In this document: in pieces, positions 20,222-31,086 of the stretch
Position numbering within the stretch: position 1 is the first letter of the stretch
Layout: each line of letters opens with the position of its first letter
Source of the DNA: a virus
Lineage: Duplodnaviria; Caudoviricetes
IMG/VR virus record: IMGVR_UViG_3300014204_000124
Coordinates: 1-64,000 of that record
Reading direction: 5' to 3' (one strand)
Length of the DNA stretch: 64,000 bases
Made by a program: the position numbers and the translations under genes
Notes under the pieces: model-generated
The model's database searches: none
Told to the model about the DNA's origin: nothing
The model's input: only the letters and a program-made list of their open reading frames with translations

Positions 20222-21232
20222 ATGAACATCACACTTCCTATCAAACAGATCCAGTCGCTTTGGGCGATACTTGCGACCAAGCGACACAGCAAAGACTTCC
20301 CCACCATCCGGGTGGGGTCAAAGGACGAGGCGGCTATCGCATGGCTTCGGGGCTATCTGCGAAAGGCAGGCTTTCCAGTCAAACCAACGGGCCCTTTTGA
20401 CGAGGCTCTTGGGAACGTGGTGGAGGCACTACAGGAGGATGAGAGACTGCTGCCCGACCGTACGGTGGGCAAGATGACGTGGGGACTGCTAATCGAATAC
20501 CCGATGTCACCGATGCCCATTCAGCCAGAGACCATTTCGCACAACGTAGCGAGGCTCAACACGCTGTTAAACCCTGAAGTTTGGAGCCAATGTGGATACT
20601 ACAGCAGCACCATGGACGATTCTGAGAAACCGTACTACGGGCTGAGAAAAGCCGGTGCCGCACAACGAGCGCTGGCAGCGACGCTCGGATACAAGGCTCA
20701 GTACGGCCTATCGTGCGGGCACTTTGGCGATTTTCTAGTCAAACTGTACCTGGGCCAAGATGACCCCAAGACTCGCAGGACGGGAATGAATTTGTCATGC
20801 TTCCGCACCTATCGGGACTGCCCGCCTCTCCCCAGGGCGAGCAACTGCGGAGCTGGCCTCTTCGGCCCCCAAGTGAGGAGTTTTGAGGTGCCGGAGAAGA
20901 AGCCGTGGACGACGACGGTGCGAGGTTTGTATGGCGCTGGGTTGGAGCGACTTGGCAAACTGGACCCAACCAGATTGACATTGGTGGAAGAGGCTTCCCA
21001 CGTTATCTGCTACGTGCCCGTTGAGCAGTGGTCAGGGATCAAAGATCCTCGGACGGGGCTGCTGGCACGGCTAGGCGGTTACCGAGTAGCCGCTGATGGC
21101 GGATCGTCAAAGGCAGGGAAGCCGTGGACATTCCGTAGGTGGCGCTCCTCGGATGATAGGGGAATCCACTATTGGGCGGTGAACCCAGGAGTGGAGAACT
21201 CCCCCCGCCAGAGTGCTTGGATAAATGGGTGA
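20222..21232 (+). CDS. Peptidoglycan-binding-domain protein (putative endolysin)
   Basis: GSKDEAAIAWLRGYLRKAGF...TGPFD..L...V.ALQ....L.PD..VG.MTW matches PG_binding_1. Confidence 0.7.
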   Translation: MNITLPIKQIQSLWAILATKRHSKDFPTIRVGSKDEAAIAWLRGYLRKAGFPVKPTGPFDEALGNVVEALQEDERLLPDRTVGKMTWGLLIEYPMSPMPIQPETISHNVARLNTLLNPEVWSQCGYYSSTMDDSEKPYYGLRKAGAAQRALAATLGYKAQYGLSCGHFGDFLVKLYLGQDDPKTRRTGMNLSCFRTYRDCPPLPRASNCGAGLFGPQVRSFEVPEKKPWTTTVRGLYGAGLERLGKLDPTRLTLVEEASHVICYVPVEQWSGIKDPRTGLLARLGGYRVAADGGSSKAGKPWTFRRWRSSDDRGIHYWAVNPGVENSPRQSAWING

Positions 21233-21235
21233 TCT

Positions 21236-21418
21236 ATGAGTAATGTTATAGTTACGTTAGAGATAACGAAGTCTTTGTCAAGTCGTGTTGAGGCGGCGTT
21301 GCAGTTGATGAGGAAGAAAGATGCGCCAACGTTTGTTCCTGCTGATGCTGCCAGCCTGTGCGAGCAGCTCCTTATTAAGTGGGTGGCTAAGAACGCCACG
21401 GATGTAGGGGAATTGTGA
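21236..21418 (+). CDS. Small hypothetical protein (possible ribbon-helix-helix)
   Basis: 60 aa, beta-strand plus two-helix pattern. Confidence 0.35.
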   Translation: MSNVIVTLEITKSLSSRVEAALQLMRKKDAPTFVPADAASLCEQLLIKWVAKNATDVGEL

Positions 21419-21538
21419 CAGGAGGTTTCTATGATAAGATCATTGTGGATACTGTTGTTCTTGGTAGTGTTGCTTGGTGTGATTTGGGCATTGAGGGAGA
21501 GGTCGTAGACTGGCCATTGACGATGGGAAGGTAAGATA

Positions 21539-21850
21539 ATGAGCGATAAATTCGATTTCGGGACTGCATTGTATTATCTGCGGCTGGGCTGCAAGGTGTG
21601 CCGGGAGGGCTGGGATGGCAAAGGCATGTGGATTGTGCTAATGCCTTCGCTGTCTTTGCCTCCGCACTCCAGTCAGGCTCCTGGGGCAAAGGTCAACGAT
21701 CGCACGGCCAAACACATAGGTGCTGACACTCCTTTGGAGTCACAACCGTACTTGGCGATGTGGACCGCAGCAGGTCAGTGGCAACCCGGCTGGCTTGCAT
21801 CTCAGGCGGATATACTCGCCGATGACTGGATGCTTGTTGAGAGCAGTTAG
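21539..21850 (+). CDS. DUF2829 / Tad2-family protein (putative Thoeris anti-defence sponge)
   Basis: FDFGTAL..LR.G.KV.REGWDGKGMW ... QPYLAM ... GWLASQADILADDW, the DUF2829 signature. Confidence 0.85.
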   Translation: MSDKFDFGTALYYLRLGCKVCREGWDGKGMWIVLMPSLSLPPHSSQAPGAKVNDRTAKHIGADTPLESQPYLAMWTAAGQWQPGWLASQADILADDWMLVESS

Positions 21851-21870
21851 CACGCTGCCTCTGGGTCGCT

Positions 21871-22378
21871 ATGTGGCCTGGGAATGCGGTTATAGGAGCG
21901 GAAGTGACTACGTATAAGGTCAGGATTCGGGAAGATCCATCTTGTTGCAGCGAGGTTCTCGCCGAGTCCGCTGCAATTGCGGCGGAGCGTGCTGCGTTAG
22001 CCATTACAGGCGGGCGGTATGTGGATATGCCAGATATCTGCGTGCTGTTGTCCGGTACATGGCGGTGGTATCGGTGGGATGGTGAGAGGATGGTTCGGGC
22101 TGACAGAGCGAAACGGTGAAGGAGGAGGGGTCATGAAGTGGTTCGAAACGTTATTGAGATGGCTTGACTATTCACCGCCTCTTCCGAAGAAGTGTCTGTG
22201 TGGGAAAGACCCAGTCCTGCACTATTCTACGGAGATAGGTCGGCGGAGTATGCAATATCGTTGTGAGGACAGGGTCGGATGCGGAGAAGTAGGACCGTAT
22301 AGGTTGAGCCGAGCAGAAGCCTGTGTAGCATGGGATGTCTGGATAGACCGTCAGAGAGAGCGCACACGTCGTAGGTGA
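21871..22378 (+). other. Hypothetical CDSs ~21904-22119 and 22133-22378
   Basis: ORF track, SD sequences; second is Cys-rich. Confidence 0.5.
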
Positions 22379-22429
22379 GGCCAAGCCAAGGGATGGTGAG
22401 ATGATGGTCTGGCCTAAGAGGGGGCTGAT

Positions 22430-22801
22430 ATGAGGAAGATCGTCGCTGTGGATTTTGATGGGACGGTTGTAATGCACGAGTACCCTGATGTTGGAGGTGA
22501 TGTGCCCGGAGCGGTGGAAGCGCTGAAGCTGTTGGTCAAGGAAGGGTGGTCGATCATTCTGTGGACGATGCGGAGCGGGCAGGAGTTGAAGGAAGCAGTA
22601 GAGTGGTACAAGGATCGTCGGATACAGTTGTGGCAGGTGAACTGCAATCCAGAGCAGGCGTCGTGGACCAATAGTCCCAAGGCGTATGCCCAGCGCTACG
22701 TGGACGATGCGGCGGTCGGTTGCCCGCTGGTCAGGAGTGGCGGGGGCAGGCCGTATGTGTCATGGCCGGACGTTTTGAAACTGTTGCTGATCGAGAGTTG
22801 A
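22430..22801 (+). CDS. Small HAD-superfamily hydrolase
   Basis: VAVDFDGTVV, ILWTMR and K.YA..YVDD motifs. Confidence 0.85.
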   Translation: MRKIVAVDFDGTVVMHEYPDVGGDVPGAVEALKLLVKEGWSIILWTMRSGQELKEAVEWYKDRRIQLWQVNCNPEQASWTNSPKAYAQRYVDDAAVGCPLVRSGGGRPYVSWPDVLKLLLIES

Positions 22802-22802
22802 G

Positions 22803-23273
22803 ATGCCTATAAGACCAGAGAATCGTCATTACTACGCGGGTCCAGAGTGGAAGGCTATTAGGGCAGAGATTCTTGAACGAGCCAAGAACTGTTGTGAACG
22901 ATGCAAGGCTCCTAACGAAGGGATAATGCGCACTGATTCATGGCAGCTTTCCCCAGATGTAGCACCAATGCCTGTCTATTTGATTATAGGTGAAGAGAAG
23001 ATTCGAAGTTCTGAGACAGGAGAAGTGGTGGCTCATCTATCTGGTTACTCAGACACCCTTGTCATGCTGAATGATTTAGTAGCTGAAGGTTGGAGACCAA
23101 TTAAAGTAATTCTAACCATAGCCCATCTCGACCACGACCCAGGGAATAATTCCCGAAACAACCTGCAAGCCCTTTGCCAAAGATGCCATAACCGTTACGA
23201 TGTCTCCCACAGAGCAGAGACCCGTAAAACTTCCCGTAAAATCCTACCTATGACCCCCCCAAAAACTGCATAG
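22803..23273 (+). CDS. HNH endonuclease-like protein
   Basis: CCERC ... LTIAHLDHDPGNN..NNLQALCQRCHNRYD. Confidence 0.85.
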   Translation: MPIRPENRHYYAGPEWKAIRAEILERAKNCCERCKAPNEGIMRTDSWQLSPDVAPMPVYLIIGEEKIRSSETGEVVAHLSGYSDTLVMLNDLVAEGWRPIKVILTIAHLDHDPGNNSRNNLQALCQRCHNRYDVSHRAETRKTSRKILPMTPPKTA

Positions 23274-23520
23274 GTAGACCCCCATAGGTGACATGTACTC
23301 CGGGACCCCCCACCCCCTTGTTTTAGAATCCGAGTGGATTACCACCTATTTACCGCCGGGGTAAAAATAGGTGGATTGCGCCAGGGGTCCAAGGCCGGGT
23401 TGGGTACGTATGCTATAACGAGCACTTGGGCTTAGAGCCAGCGGCCTATAATAAGATAGCCATAGGTACACCGCCCGAGCCGGGACGAAATAATTGCGTT
23501 GAGCACCTATACGATAGGTG
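23244..23520. repeat. Array of ATAGGT/ACCTAT inverted repeats in the largest non-coding gap
   Basis: 8 copies; pairs CTACCTATG/CATAGGTAG, CCACCTATTT/AAATAGGTGG, CACCTAT/ATAGGTG. Confidence 0.8.
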
Positions 23521-23603
23521 TGTCATGAGATCTTGTATTGATGGGGTGAGTTTTGAAGCGTCCCTCGCGTGCGCGCGCCATTGTTTGGCCCGCAAGAAAA
23601 AAG

Positions 23604-23635
23604 TTGACAAGCGGGGAAAATTGATTATGCTGTAA
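23604..23635 (+). promoter_or_regulatory. Promoter family copy
   Basis: TTGAC-N17-TATGCTGTAA. Confidence 0.85.
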
Positions 23636-23641
23636 GGCGAG

Positions 23642-24967
23642 GTGAAGGGAATGAGCAACACGAGAGTTCTTTGGCTGGTCATGGGGGAAAATAGGGTTGT
23701 CCGCCGAGTTGTAGCGGATGTGGGGCGGAAGTATCTGAAAGCGAGGGGCATGAGATTCCGTGTCGAGGATCTTGTGCGTGTGCTTAGCGCCAACGAGGTC
23801 ATACAGGAGCATGTAAGGGCGTTTGCCTACCCGTGCGAGGCCAATGAGGTGGCAGATGCCGAGATTGCCTGGGAAGCGTTGAAGAGTCGTCTGGCTTTGG
23901 GGCGCGGGGCATTGAAGGCTTCACAGTTAGAGGCGGCCCTTCAGGCACTAGACGTTTCGCCTACGCGTTCGAAGGAGGTGTAGCATGTTCAAGGTATGCA
24001 AGGAACGCTATGATTGCGAGTCGGCTTTCTGTATGGCGAGGGTTTGCGTGGTTTCCGAAGAGGAAACTTGCTATTGCGATTTTGTGCGCAGAGCGGTCGC
24101 CATGGAAGTTTCTCCGAGGGGTGGCCAGTTCTTTGCTGCCAGCGATTTGCCACTAGGGCGGGGAGAGGCTACGTTTAGCGTGGTCGATGGGGACGGGAAG
24201 GTTTCGTTTGCATTTTACCGGCTATCCCGCTCGTGTGGGGTGGGGGAGGGACTTCCACTTGATGTCCAAAAGGCGGCGATGTTCGTTCTTGACATTCCTT
24301 TGACGACTGAGGGGTTGGCTGGGTGGGAGGTGGCGTGGCGTGCGCTGAGCCAGTTTGACAAGCATGTGCGTGCGCAGGTTGCGGAAGCTCTGGAGTGTAG
24401 AGGTGAGAGCGATGGATAACTGTCCGAAATGCGGAGCAAGAATAGTCAAAAGATGGACTGGCAAGAGCAGTAGGCTGCCCCGTTGGGCTTATCTCTGCGG
24501 AACGGAATGGACAGGGAAGCACTATGTCTATTCGATTAAGTGCCTATGCGGCCAACTTGATATCATGACTGCCCGTGCCGAGAAGGCAGAAGCGGAGCGA
24601 GATGAACTTAAGTCCGGCAACGAAGGGTGGGAAATTCTGGTAACGCAGTATTTAGCGGACAGCCCATCAGTGTGCGGCTGGTGCCTTGCGCCTATTATAC
24701 GGTGCAATTGCAGGGCGAAAAGTCAAGAGGAACAAGACAAGCTGCGAGAGGAAATCAAGGCGTTGCGGGCACGGCTTGTAGGTGAGCCTCCACAACCTTG
24801 TCCTGATAGGTCGATCGATGTTTGTTCTTGATTTTGATAGTGATGTGCCACTCTGTAAGTGCGGGAGCGAGGTGTTCATGTTGGAGTCATGCGTGTACTG
24901 CACACCGGTAACGAAACCACGGTTTCGCGGTAGAACAAGCCAAGAGGACGATAGGAGGCAGCCATGA
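23642..24967 (+). other. Hypothetical CDSs 23642-23983, 23985-24419, 24412-24831, 24818-24967
   Basis: Packed ORFs with SD. Confidence 0.55.
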
Positions 24968-25467
24968 ATGAGTGCGGGGCTGTGGCTACGATAACAAGAG
25001 ACATGGTCGTAGCGTGGAAGCCATGCGAGGACTATTCACCAGACCGCATTGCGGAGCTGGTGCCGAAGACTGGATTGACGCCGGTTGAGGTGGCTGCGTT
25101 GGACAGCGTGCCCGTGGAAGATCGCATTTGGGCGTTGCTGCGATCAGAAGTACTTGGAGGCGCGCTAGAAGGTGCGGTGGAAGCGATCGTCCAGCGGGCG
25201 ATCCGGCGCGTGCTCGGGCATTCGGGGTGCCCCGAATGGGAGGAGTGGGCGGAGAAGTGGCTGTCGGGCGAGGATAGAACCAGTGCCGCATACAGTGCCG
25301 CAGCCTACGCCGCATACAGTGCCGCAGCCTACGCCGCAGACAGTGCCGCAGCCAGGGCCGCAGAGCGCCAACAGCAACTCGCGGACATCGTGGCAGCGCT
25401 GGAGACGAAAAGGCTGCTTTGTTCTTCGAGCGAGAGCGGCAGCTCGCAGACGTTGTATCAGCGTTAG
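24964..25467 (+). CDS. Hypothetical protein with Ala-rich tandem repeat
   Basis: WAEKWLSGEDR followed by (AAYSAAAY)n and AAERQQQ; 24-bp tandem units at 25285-25353. Confidence 0.7.
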   Translation: MNECGAVATITRDMVVAWKPCEDYSPDRIAELVPKTGLTPVEVAALDSVPVEDRIWALLRSEVLGGALEGAVEAIVQRAIRRVLGHSGCPEWEEWAEKWLSGEDRTSAAYSAAAYAAYSAAAYAADSAAARAAERQQQLADIVAALETKRLLCSSSESGSSQTLYQR

Positions 25468-25519
25468 TGGAAGCTCAGTAGCTCGACCGGACGAGAGGCT
25501 TCCTGTAGGAGGAGACAAG

Positions 25520-26518
25520 GTGAAAACAGAATGTTCGAGCGACAGATGTGGGATACCAGATGACATGGACATGGAGTGTGAGAAGCTCTTTGTTGCCCTG
25601 AACACGATAGAGGGGCTGATAACCACTCAGTGCTGTTGTGGCCACGGAGAGCGTCCGTTCTACATGTGGATGCGTGTTAGCAGGTTCGAAGCGTTGAATG
25701 CCTTGGCTAAGGCCATAGGTCAGGATTCCGCTGACTGGACGCTAAGTGTCTACTACTCCAATAGTCTGAAGGAGCCGTTATTGCACCTTGAGAGCACGAA
25801 GGTAGGAGAAGCAGCTTACCACGCTAGTTGGCGGTTGGCGGCTGATATTATTCACGAGTCTCCCCGGTCGAAGGTTGTGGGAGTGGAGTTGAAGCAGACT
25901 CCAGACTTGAAGGAGCGGCCATGAGATGTCCCGAATGTGATAAGTGGGGGTTCCCGTGGTTAGGCGGGGCGAGGTTTGGATGCGGGAGCCGGATTGAAGA
26001 GGGCAAGTTTGTGAAGGGAGTCAACTGCTATAGCTACGGGGAATTGTGCAGGTTTATCGGGAAGGGGCTGATTCTTATGAGGTGGTCGAGGGTGAACGAG
26101 GTGGCCCGGCGGCATAGGTCGGCGTTGTTTAGGATTCGGGAGTTGATGTTGGCGGAGTTGAAGAGGGAGGGTCTGGAAACTCCAGACTTGAAGTATCTAT
26201 TGACTGCGGAGTTAGTTGAAGAGGGTTTACGGCGACTGAGGGAGAAACGGGATGTTTCCACCAAATTGTGAACTGTGCGGGGCCGGGCGGGTCAAGTTTA
26301 CGAACGAGTCTACCCGGCACGAGGTTCGGCGATGGCCCAGCGGGCTTCGGACGCGGTCTTACCCATTGGTAGAGATAACGGTCGTTGATCCTACCGGGAA
26401 ATCTGAAAGCTACTCGTGCGGAACCACTGTTTGGGTCGACGACGGGACGAGGCAGCGGATTATGGGGCCTCTCTGCATAGACCGTCAGCTTGACAACGAG
26501 AAGCGCCAAAGTTGTTGA
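25520..26518 (+). other. Hypothetical CDSs 25520-25924 (LN..EG..T..CCCGH), 25921-26271, 26252-26518
   Basis: SD AGGAGG before GTG 25520; coupled ORFs. Confidence 0.55.
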
Positions 26519-26546
26519 CATTTCGCAAGGCCAGATTATACTGTAA
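26515..26546 (+). promoter_or_regulatory. Promoter family copy
   Basis: TTGAC-N17-TATACTGTAA. Confidence 0.85.
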
Positions 26547-26565
26547 CCAGAATCGGGGGTTGACG

Positions 26566-29386
26566 ATGACGATCGAAGAAGCAATTAGACATCATCGATA
26601 TGTAGCGGAGCGTATTGAATGTCCAGAGGTAGAGTGTCCAGAGGCGGACTGCGTAGCGTCGCATTTGCAGTTGGCTGAGTGGTTGACCGAGTTGGCGGCT
26701 CTACGGGAGGAGGTCGTTCATTTGCGTGGGGTGGCATCGTTGGTGCGGCCATCAGTTGCGTACAAGGCGGTGTTTCGGCTACGCTTTGCTAACAGGGAAG
26801 AGACTCCGTGGGTGGCGGTTCTCGCTGGTGATGGTAATCGAGAAGTGGTGCAGGGATACGGGGTTACGCCTGCCGATGCTATGGAGTCGTTTGACCGTGC
26901 CTTTGCGATCGGGACTGGCGTGTATATCTCGCCTGGGGCGCAGAAGATGCTGGACGGGAGTCATGAGAGGTTCATGCAGGAGCAGGCAAGGTTAAGGGCA
27001 GATGTGCCCGAGTTTTAGCGGACGACTAAATCGTAAGGAGGTTGGCATGACTAGGCTGTTGGTGGTAAGTGGGGATAGAAAATATACCGGAATCGTGGCA
27101 GGGCTTGCCCCAGACTGCGAAGAAGTCCACAGAGAGCCGGTTACGGCTGGGATTGGGTTTCTGGAGTTGGCGGGGCGACAGAACCGTTTCGTGGAAATGC
27201 TTGAGCGTGGCAAGAGTGTAGCGGTGCATGGGAAATTACCGACTGAGCTTATCGGGGTGTTCCGTGAGATAGGCGAGTTGTGTGGGGTTCCCGTTGACGT
27301 TGTTCTTGTCAAGGATAGCAGCGAACGAGGCCATGAAGAGCGTATCAGCGAGCCGGTTATGTCTGGCATACTTCCGAACCCGGAAGAGGTCAGGCCCCAT
27401 GTTCTTCCCGACAAAGCCACCGGAGGGCTTGTCGTTTGGCCGCCGGTCCCTGTGCTGGGTAATGTTGTTGCTGAGCAAGGGCTGGCAGCGAAGGTCTTGG
27501 CATTGGTGCGTGTTTTCGTGAGTGCTCCACGTTCTGGTGGTCTGGAATTTGCCATTGTCCGATGTTCTAGGGAAATTCTGGACCCGCTGAAGCCGGAACT
27601 TCTGTCTGAGTTGAATAGGTTTTGGGAGGATGACAGCAAGTCTTTGAACGGTCTTGAACGACAGATGGGGGACTTGCTGATGTATGTCAAGAAGATGGAC
27701 CTGTTTGCGCCATTGGCAGAAGTTGACGTTGGACTTAGGAATTTGCTGATGGCGTTTGCTGCTGGTGCCGCAGCCTGTGTTATTCCGAATGACTTGCGCA
27801 TGGTAGCCGGTTCTGGCTGTACGCTTCGGGAATTGAGCCGGGATGTCTCGGTTGAGCTTTTCCGCACGGTTCTGACGCGTTTGGGAGAGTACGGAGGGGA
27901 AGCGGAGCGTTCGCGGCAGTATTGGAAGCTGCTCGGGATGGTTTGGGATGGTGCCCCGGCCATTATGAGAAGAGAGGACCGTGAGATAGGTGAGAGGAGC
28001 TAATATGCGGGACATGATGCGTGACGTGAGCCGAGTGATCCGGGTGAAGGTTCGGGACTTGCCGGAGCCGGAGATGCGGGGGCCAAACGAGGGAGTCTGG
28101 CCGGTGCTCGTAGGTCGACTTGTGGCCGTCCGGGACTCCAAAACCGGGTATTTGAATTTTTTGAACGAGTTCGACCCGGAGCCAGAACATTCCGTGTATA
28201 GGGTCGAAGGGGACCCGGTGCTTGAACCTGTTTCTTCTATCCCTCCTTCCGAATTTCGGACGGTGCTTCTGACGGTAATGGCCGGGCAGAGGTGGTTTCA
28301 CGAGGTTTTCGCCTATAGGTGGAAGCAGATTACTGCGGAGTTGAAGCGAGAGAATCGGGAACGGTCTCCGGTGTTGACCCGTTTCTGTGGGAAGAAGAAA
28401 ATCCGGGCTTGTACAGCGGGTGTATTCCGGATGGTGAGTCAGGTGTTGGGGTTGAAGCTGGCCTGGGTCGAGAAGCAGAGAGTGGGGTATACGTTCTCCG
28501 GGGGCGTCTATGATCGGGATACCGATTCGTGTTGCGGGCACCTTGACATTCGGATCAACGGCGTTGATGTGCTGCGCTATGACTTCTGGGATGTGAAGGG
28601 GGTGGTAGAGGAGAAGTTCGTCCCGTACCGCTACAACGTGTTTAAGCTGAAGGAGGAGCACGATAGGTGGCTGGCAGAGGAGAAGGAGAGGCTGAGAATG
28701 GAGTCATTGACCAGGGAGGTGATGGCCAACCAAGTGGCGTATCTGGAGAAGCAAGCCGGTGACCCGCCGAACAGTGTTCCTTTCCATGAGCAGATGGGTC
28801 AGATGATGCGGAGAGCGTTCCCTGAATACATCGACCCGCAGATCAAAGTTCAAACGTTCAATGGGGCGGAAGAGGGGACCGTCGAAATCTGTGCCGAGTA
28901 TCGGGTTCCATACGGTTGCGATATGCCTATTTCAGAACAGCTTGCGGGGATGGTTTGCGAGGCAGCAGCCGTAGTTCTCACGGTGTATCGACCGGGATGG
29001 GAAGCCAAGGTTGAGGCGGCTTTGCGCAAGGCGATAGGTGAGACTCGGGGTCAGGTCAGGATCAAGATTGGGCCGGGCAAGGTAGATGGGAGTTGCGACG
29101 TGGAGTTCGAGTTTGAAGATTCGTTCGATCTTCAGCGGGTGTTGTCTGACGATTTTTCCCCGATTTCGATTCAATACATTGTTTCTTCGGACGAGTTAAA
29201 AGGATGATTCGGCACATGGTTGTGTGCGACGACTGCGGGGTGATAGGTGATGGGGACTATGGCAAGGACCGCAAGCGATTGCACCAAATACGGAAGTCGC
29301 TTCGTGACCTTGGATGGTGGTGCGCCCTGCGAGGTGGGATTGACTACTGTCCCGTGTGTAAGAAAAGGCATCCTGGGGTCCGCTAG
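26566..29386 (+). other. Hypothetical CDSs 26566-27018, 27047-28003, 28005-29207, 29204-29386
   Basis: Long ORFs with SD (AAGGAGG before 27047; GAGGAG before 28005); no motif recognised. Confidence 0.6.
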
Positions 29387-29408
29387 AATTTTTCTTCAAA
29401 CAAAATCC

Positions 29409-29440
29409 TTGACTTCGGATTTACTTCGATTATGCTGTAA
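29409..29440 (+). promoter_or_regulatory. Promoter family copy with leader hairpin and TGACAGC
   Basis: TTGAC-N17-TATGCTGTAA; GTCGGG..CCCGGC hairpin, TGACAGC at 29465. Confidence 0.85.
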
Positions 29441-29488
29441 CGGTCGGGAGGGGAAAGCCCGGCTTGACAGCGAACCGAGGAGAATGTC

Positions 29489-29659
29489 ATGGCAGAGAAA
29501 ATCGATTGCCAAGCGAAGTACGCAAGCCGTGAATTGAAGGCTTACTGGAAACGCCGTCTCACTCGTGAGGAGCGCCGGGCTTCGAAGGTTGCCCTTGTGA
29601 GTCGTCCAGAGGATTGCGGGCGTATCGAAGCTCGCTTGACAAAGGGTTGGGCAGGGTAG
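29489..29659 (+). CDS. 56-aa basic protein (not in ORF track)
   Basis: SD GAGGAG; MAEKIDCQAKYASRELKAYWKRRLTREERRASK...KGWAG*. Confidence 0.6.
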   Translation: MAEKIDCQAKYASRELKAYWKRRLTREERRASKVALVSRPEDCGRIEARLTKGWAG

Positions 29660-29661
29660 TC

Positions 29662-31086
29662 ATGGAAGAAAAAACGAAAAGTATGTGCATCGGATGCACC
29701 GAAAACTTCTACAACGGGAATAACCCATACGGAATTACCGAGTGCTGGGGGTTTGCAACGGCGACAGTCGAGAAGCGGAAGTTCGTGCCCATGGATATGC
29801 GACCTCCATGGGATTTGCCGTCTGAGGAGACGTTGGACTGCCACAAGAAAAAGGGTTATATTTCGGTTAGAGAAGGAGTTATGTGTTGATGGGAGCGAGA
29901 GCATACAACCGAGGCACGGCCCTTGTGGCCCGGCAGATTGCAGAGGACTTTGCGGCGAAGCGTCGGGAAGGCTGGCAGACCGATGATGTAGCCGAGTTGG
30001 CTTTTACTGCCAAGGCAGAGATTGAACGGCTGAAGAAGGAACTGGAGAGAGCGAAGCGTGGAATCCGCAGTCGGGATCTCGTGATCGCTACGGAGCGTCG
30101 CCGAAACGTTTTGGTTCTGGAGGTTTTGAAAGACGTGTATCGAAAATTCAAGGAAGTGACTCCGGTTAGGACCAGACAGGACTACCGGGTTATGTACTGG
30201 TTGACACTCGCCCGATATCGTGCGAACAGAGTCGACCCGAGTGAAGGGGTTATTTTGTAAGGAGAAAGTTATGGTTTGGAAAAGTGATTGGTGGAAGTAT
30301 TTTGTCGTACTGCTGATTTTGGGATGTCAGCAGAAGGTGGTAGAACGTAGTCTGCCCGATTTAGTTCCGGTGGACGTGGCCGTAACTGATGAGCCAGTTA
30401 CGGAGGAGTTTTTGTCAGCGTTTTGGCGGGCGTTGAAACGTCATATGCCCAATGGCTTGGATTTTGCGATGTTGAGACAACTAATGAGGTAGGTTATGCA
30501 CGACGACGGTTACAGGGTGAAGAGCACGGGGATGTGTTGCGGCGGGAAGTGTGGCGAAGATGATTTCTACATTGTAGCAGAAGATGAGGGGGAAATTATA
30601 CTAGTAGAGGGACCGTACGAGGGGAACGGTGTTGTCACTCACACGAGGATTCCTATAGTCGCAAATTACGCGGGAGTTCCTGTAGAACACGTAACGGTTA
30701 CGAAACTTTGCGATATAGGTAAGACGGTGTCTGACTTCCGAACCTCCGAGGTATCTGATGATGAACCTGAATTTGAGAGTTTGGAGTTCAGCATGGCTCG
30801 TGAAGAAGGTATCCCGACTTTGTCTGTTGTTTGCGGCCTTATGGAGTTCGGGATGTCTCTGCCCCGGTTCTATACGTGGCTCGGGCGGGTTATGAAAGCC
30901 GTGTTTGCTATTGAGGAAGTTTTGTCTAGGTTTGGGTTAAAGAGAATAGAGGGGCCGGATGCTTTGGTGAGCGAAGAATCGGAGTATTCTTTCACGGTAT
31001 GGGCGACGTGGCAGTTCGAAGGTGATGAGAAAACGATGAGAATGGTAGCGGCTGTATTGGCGGGCAAGGGAGTGAAGCCGGGATGA
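29662..31086 (+). other. Hypothetical CDSs 29662-29889, ~29889-30260, 30271-30492 (lipobox-like LILGC), 30496-31086
   Basis: Packed ORFs. Confidence 0.55.

Noticed and set aside
25473-25545. tRNA-like look (GCTCAGTAGCTC...CTGTA)
   Set aside because: No proper anticodon stem, T-arm or acceptor pairing; the sequence contains the SD and start codon of the next gene.
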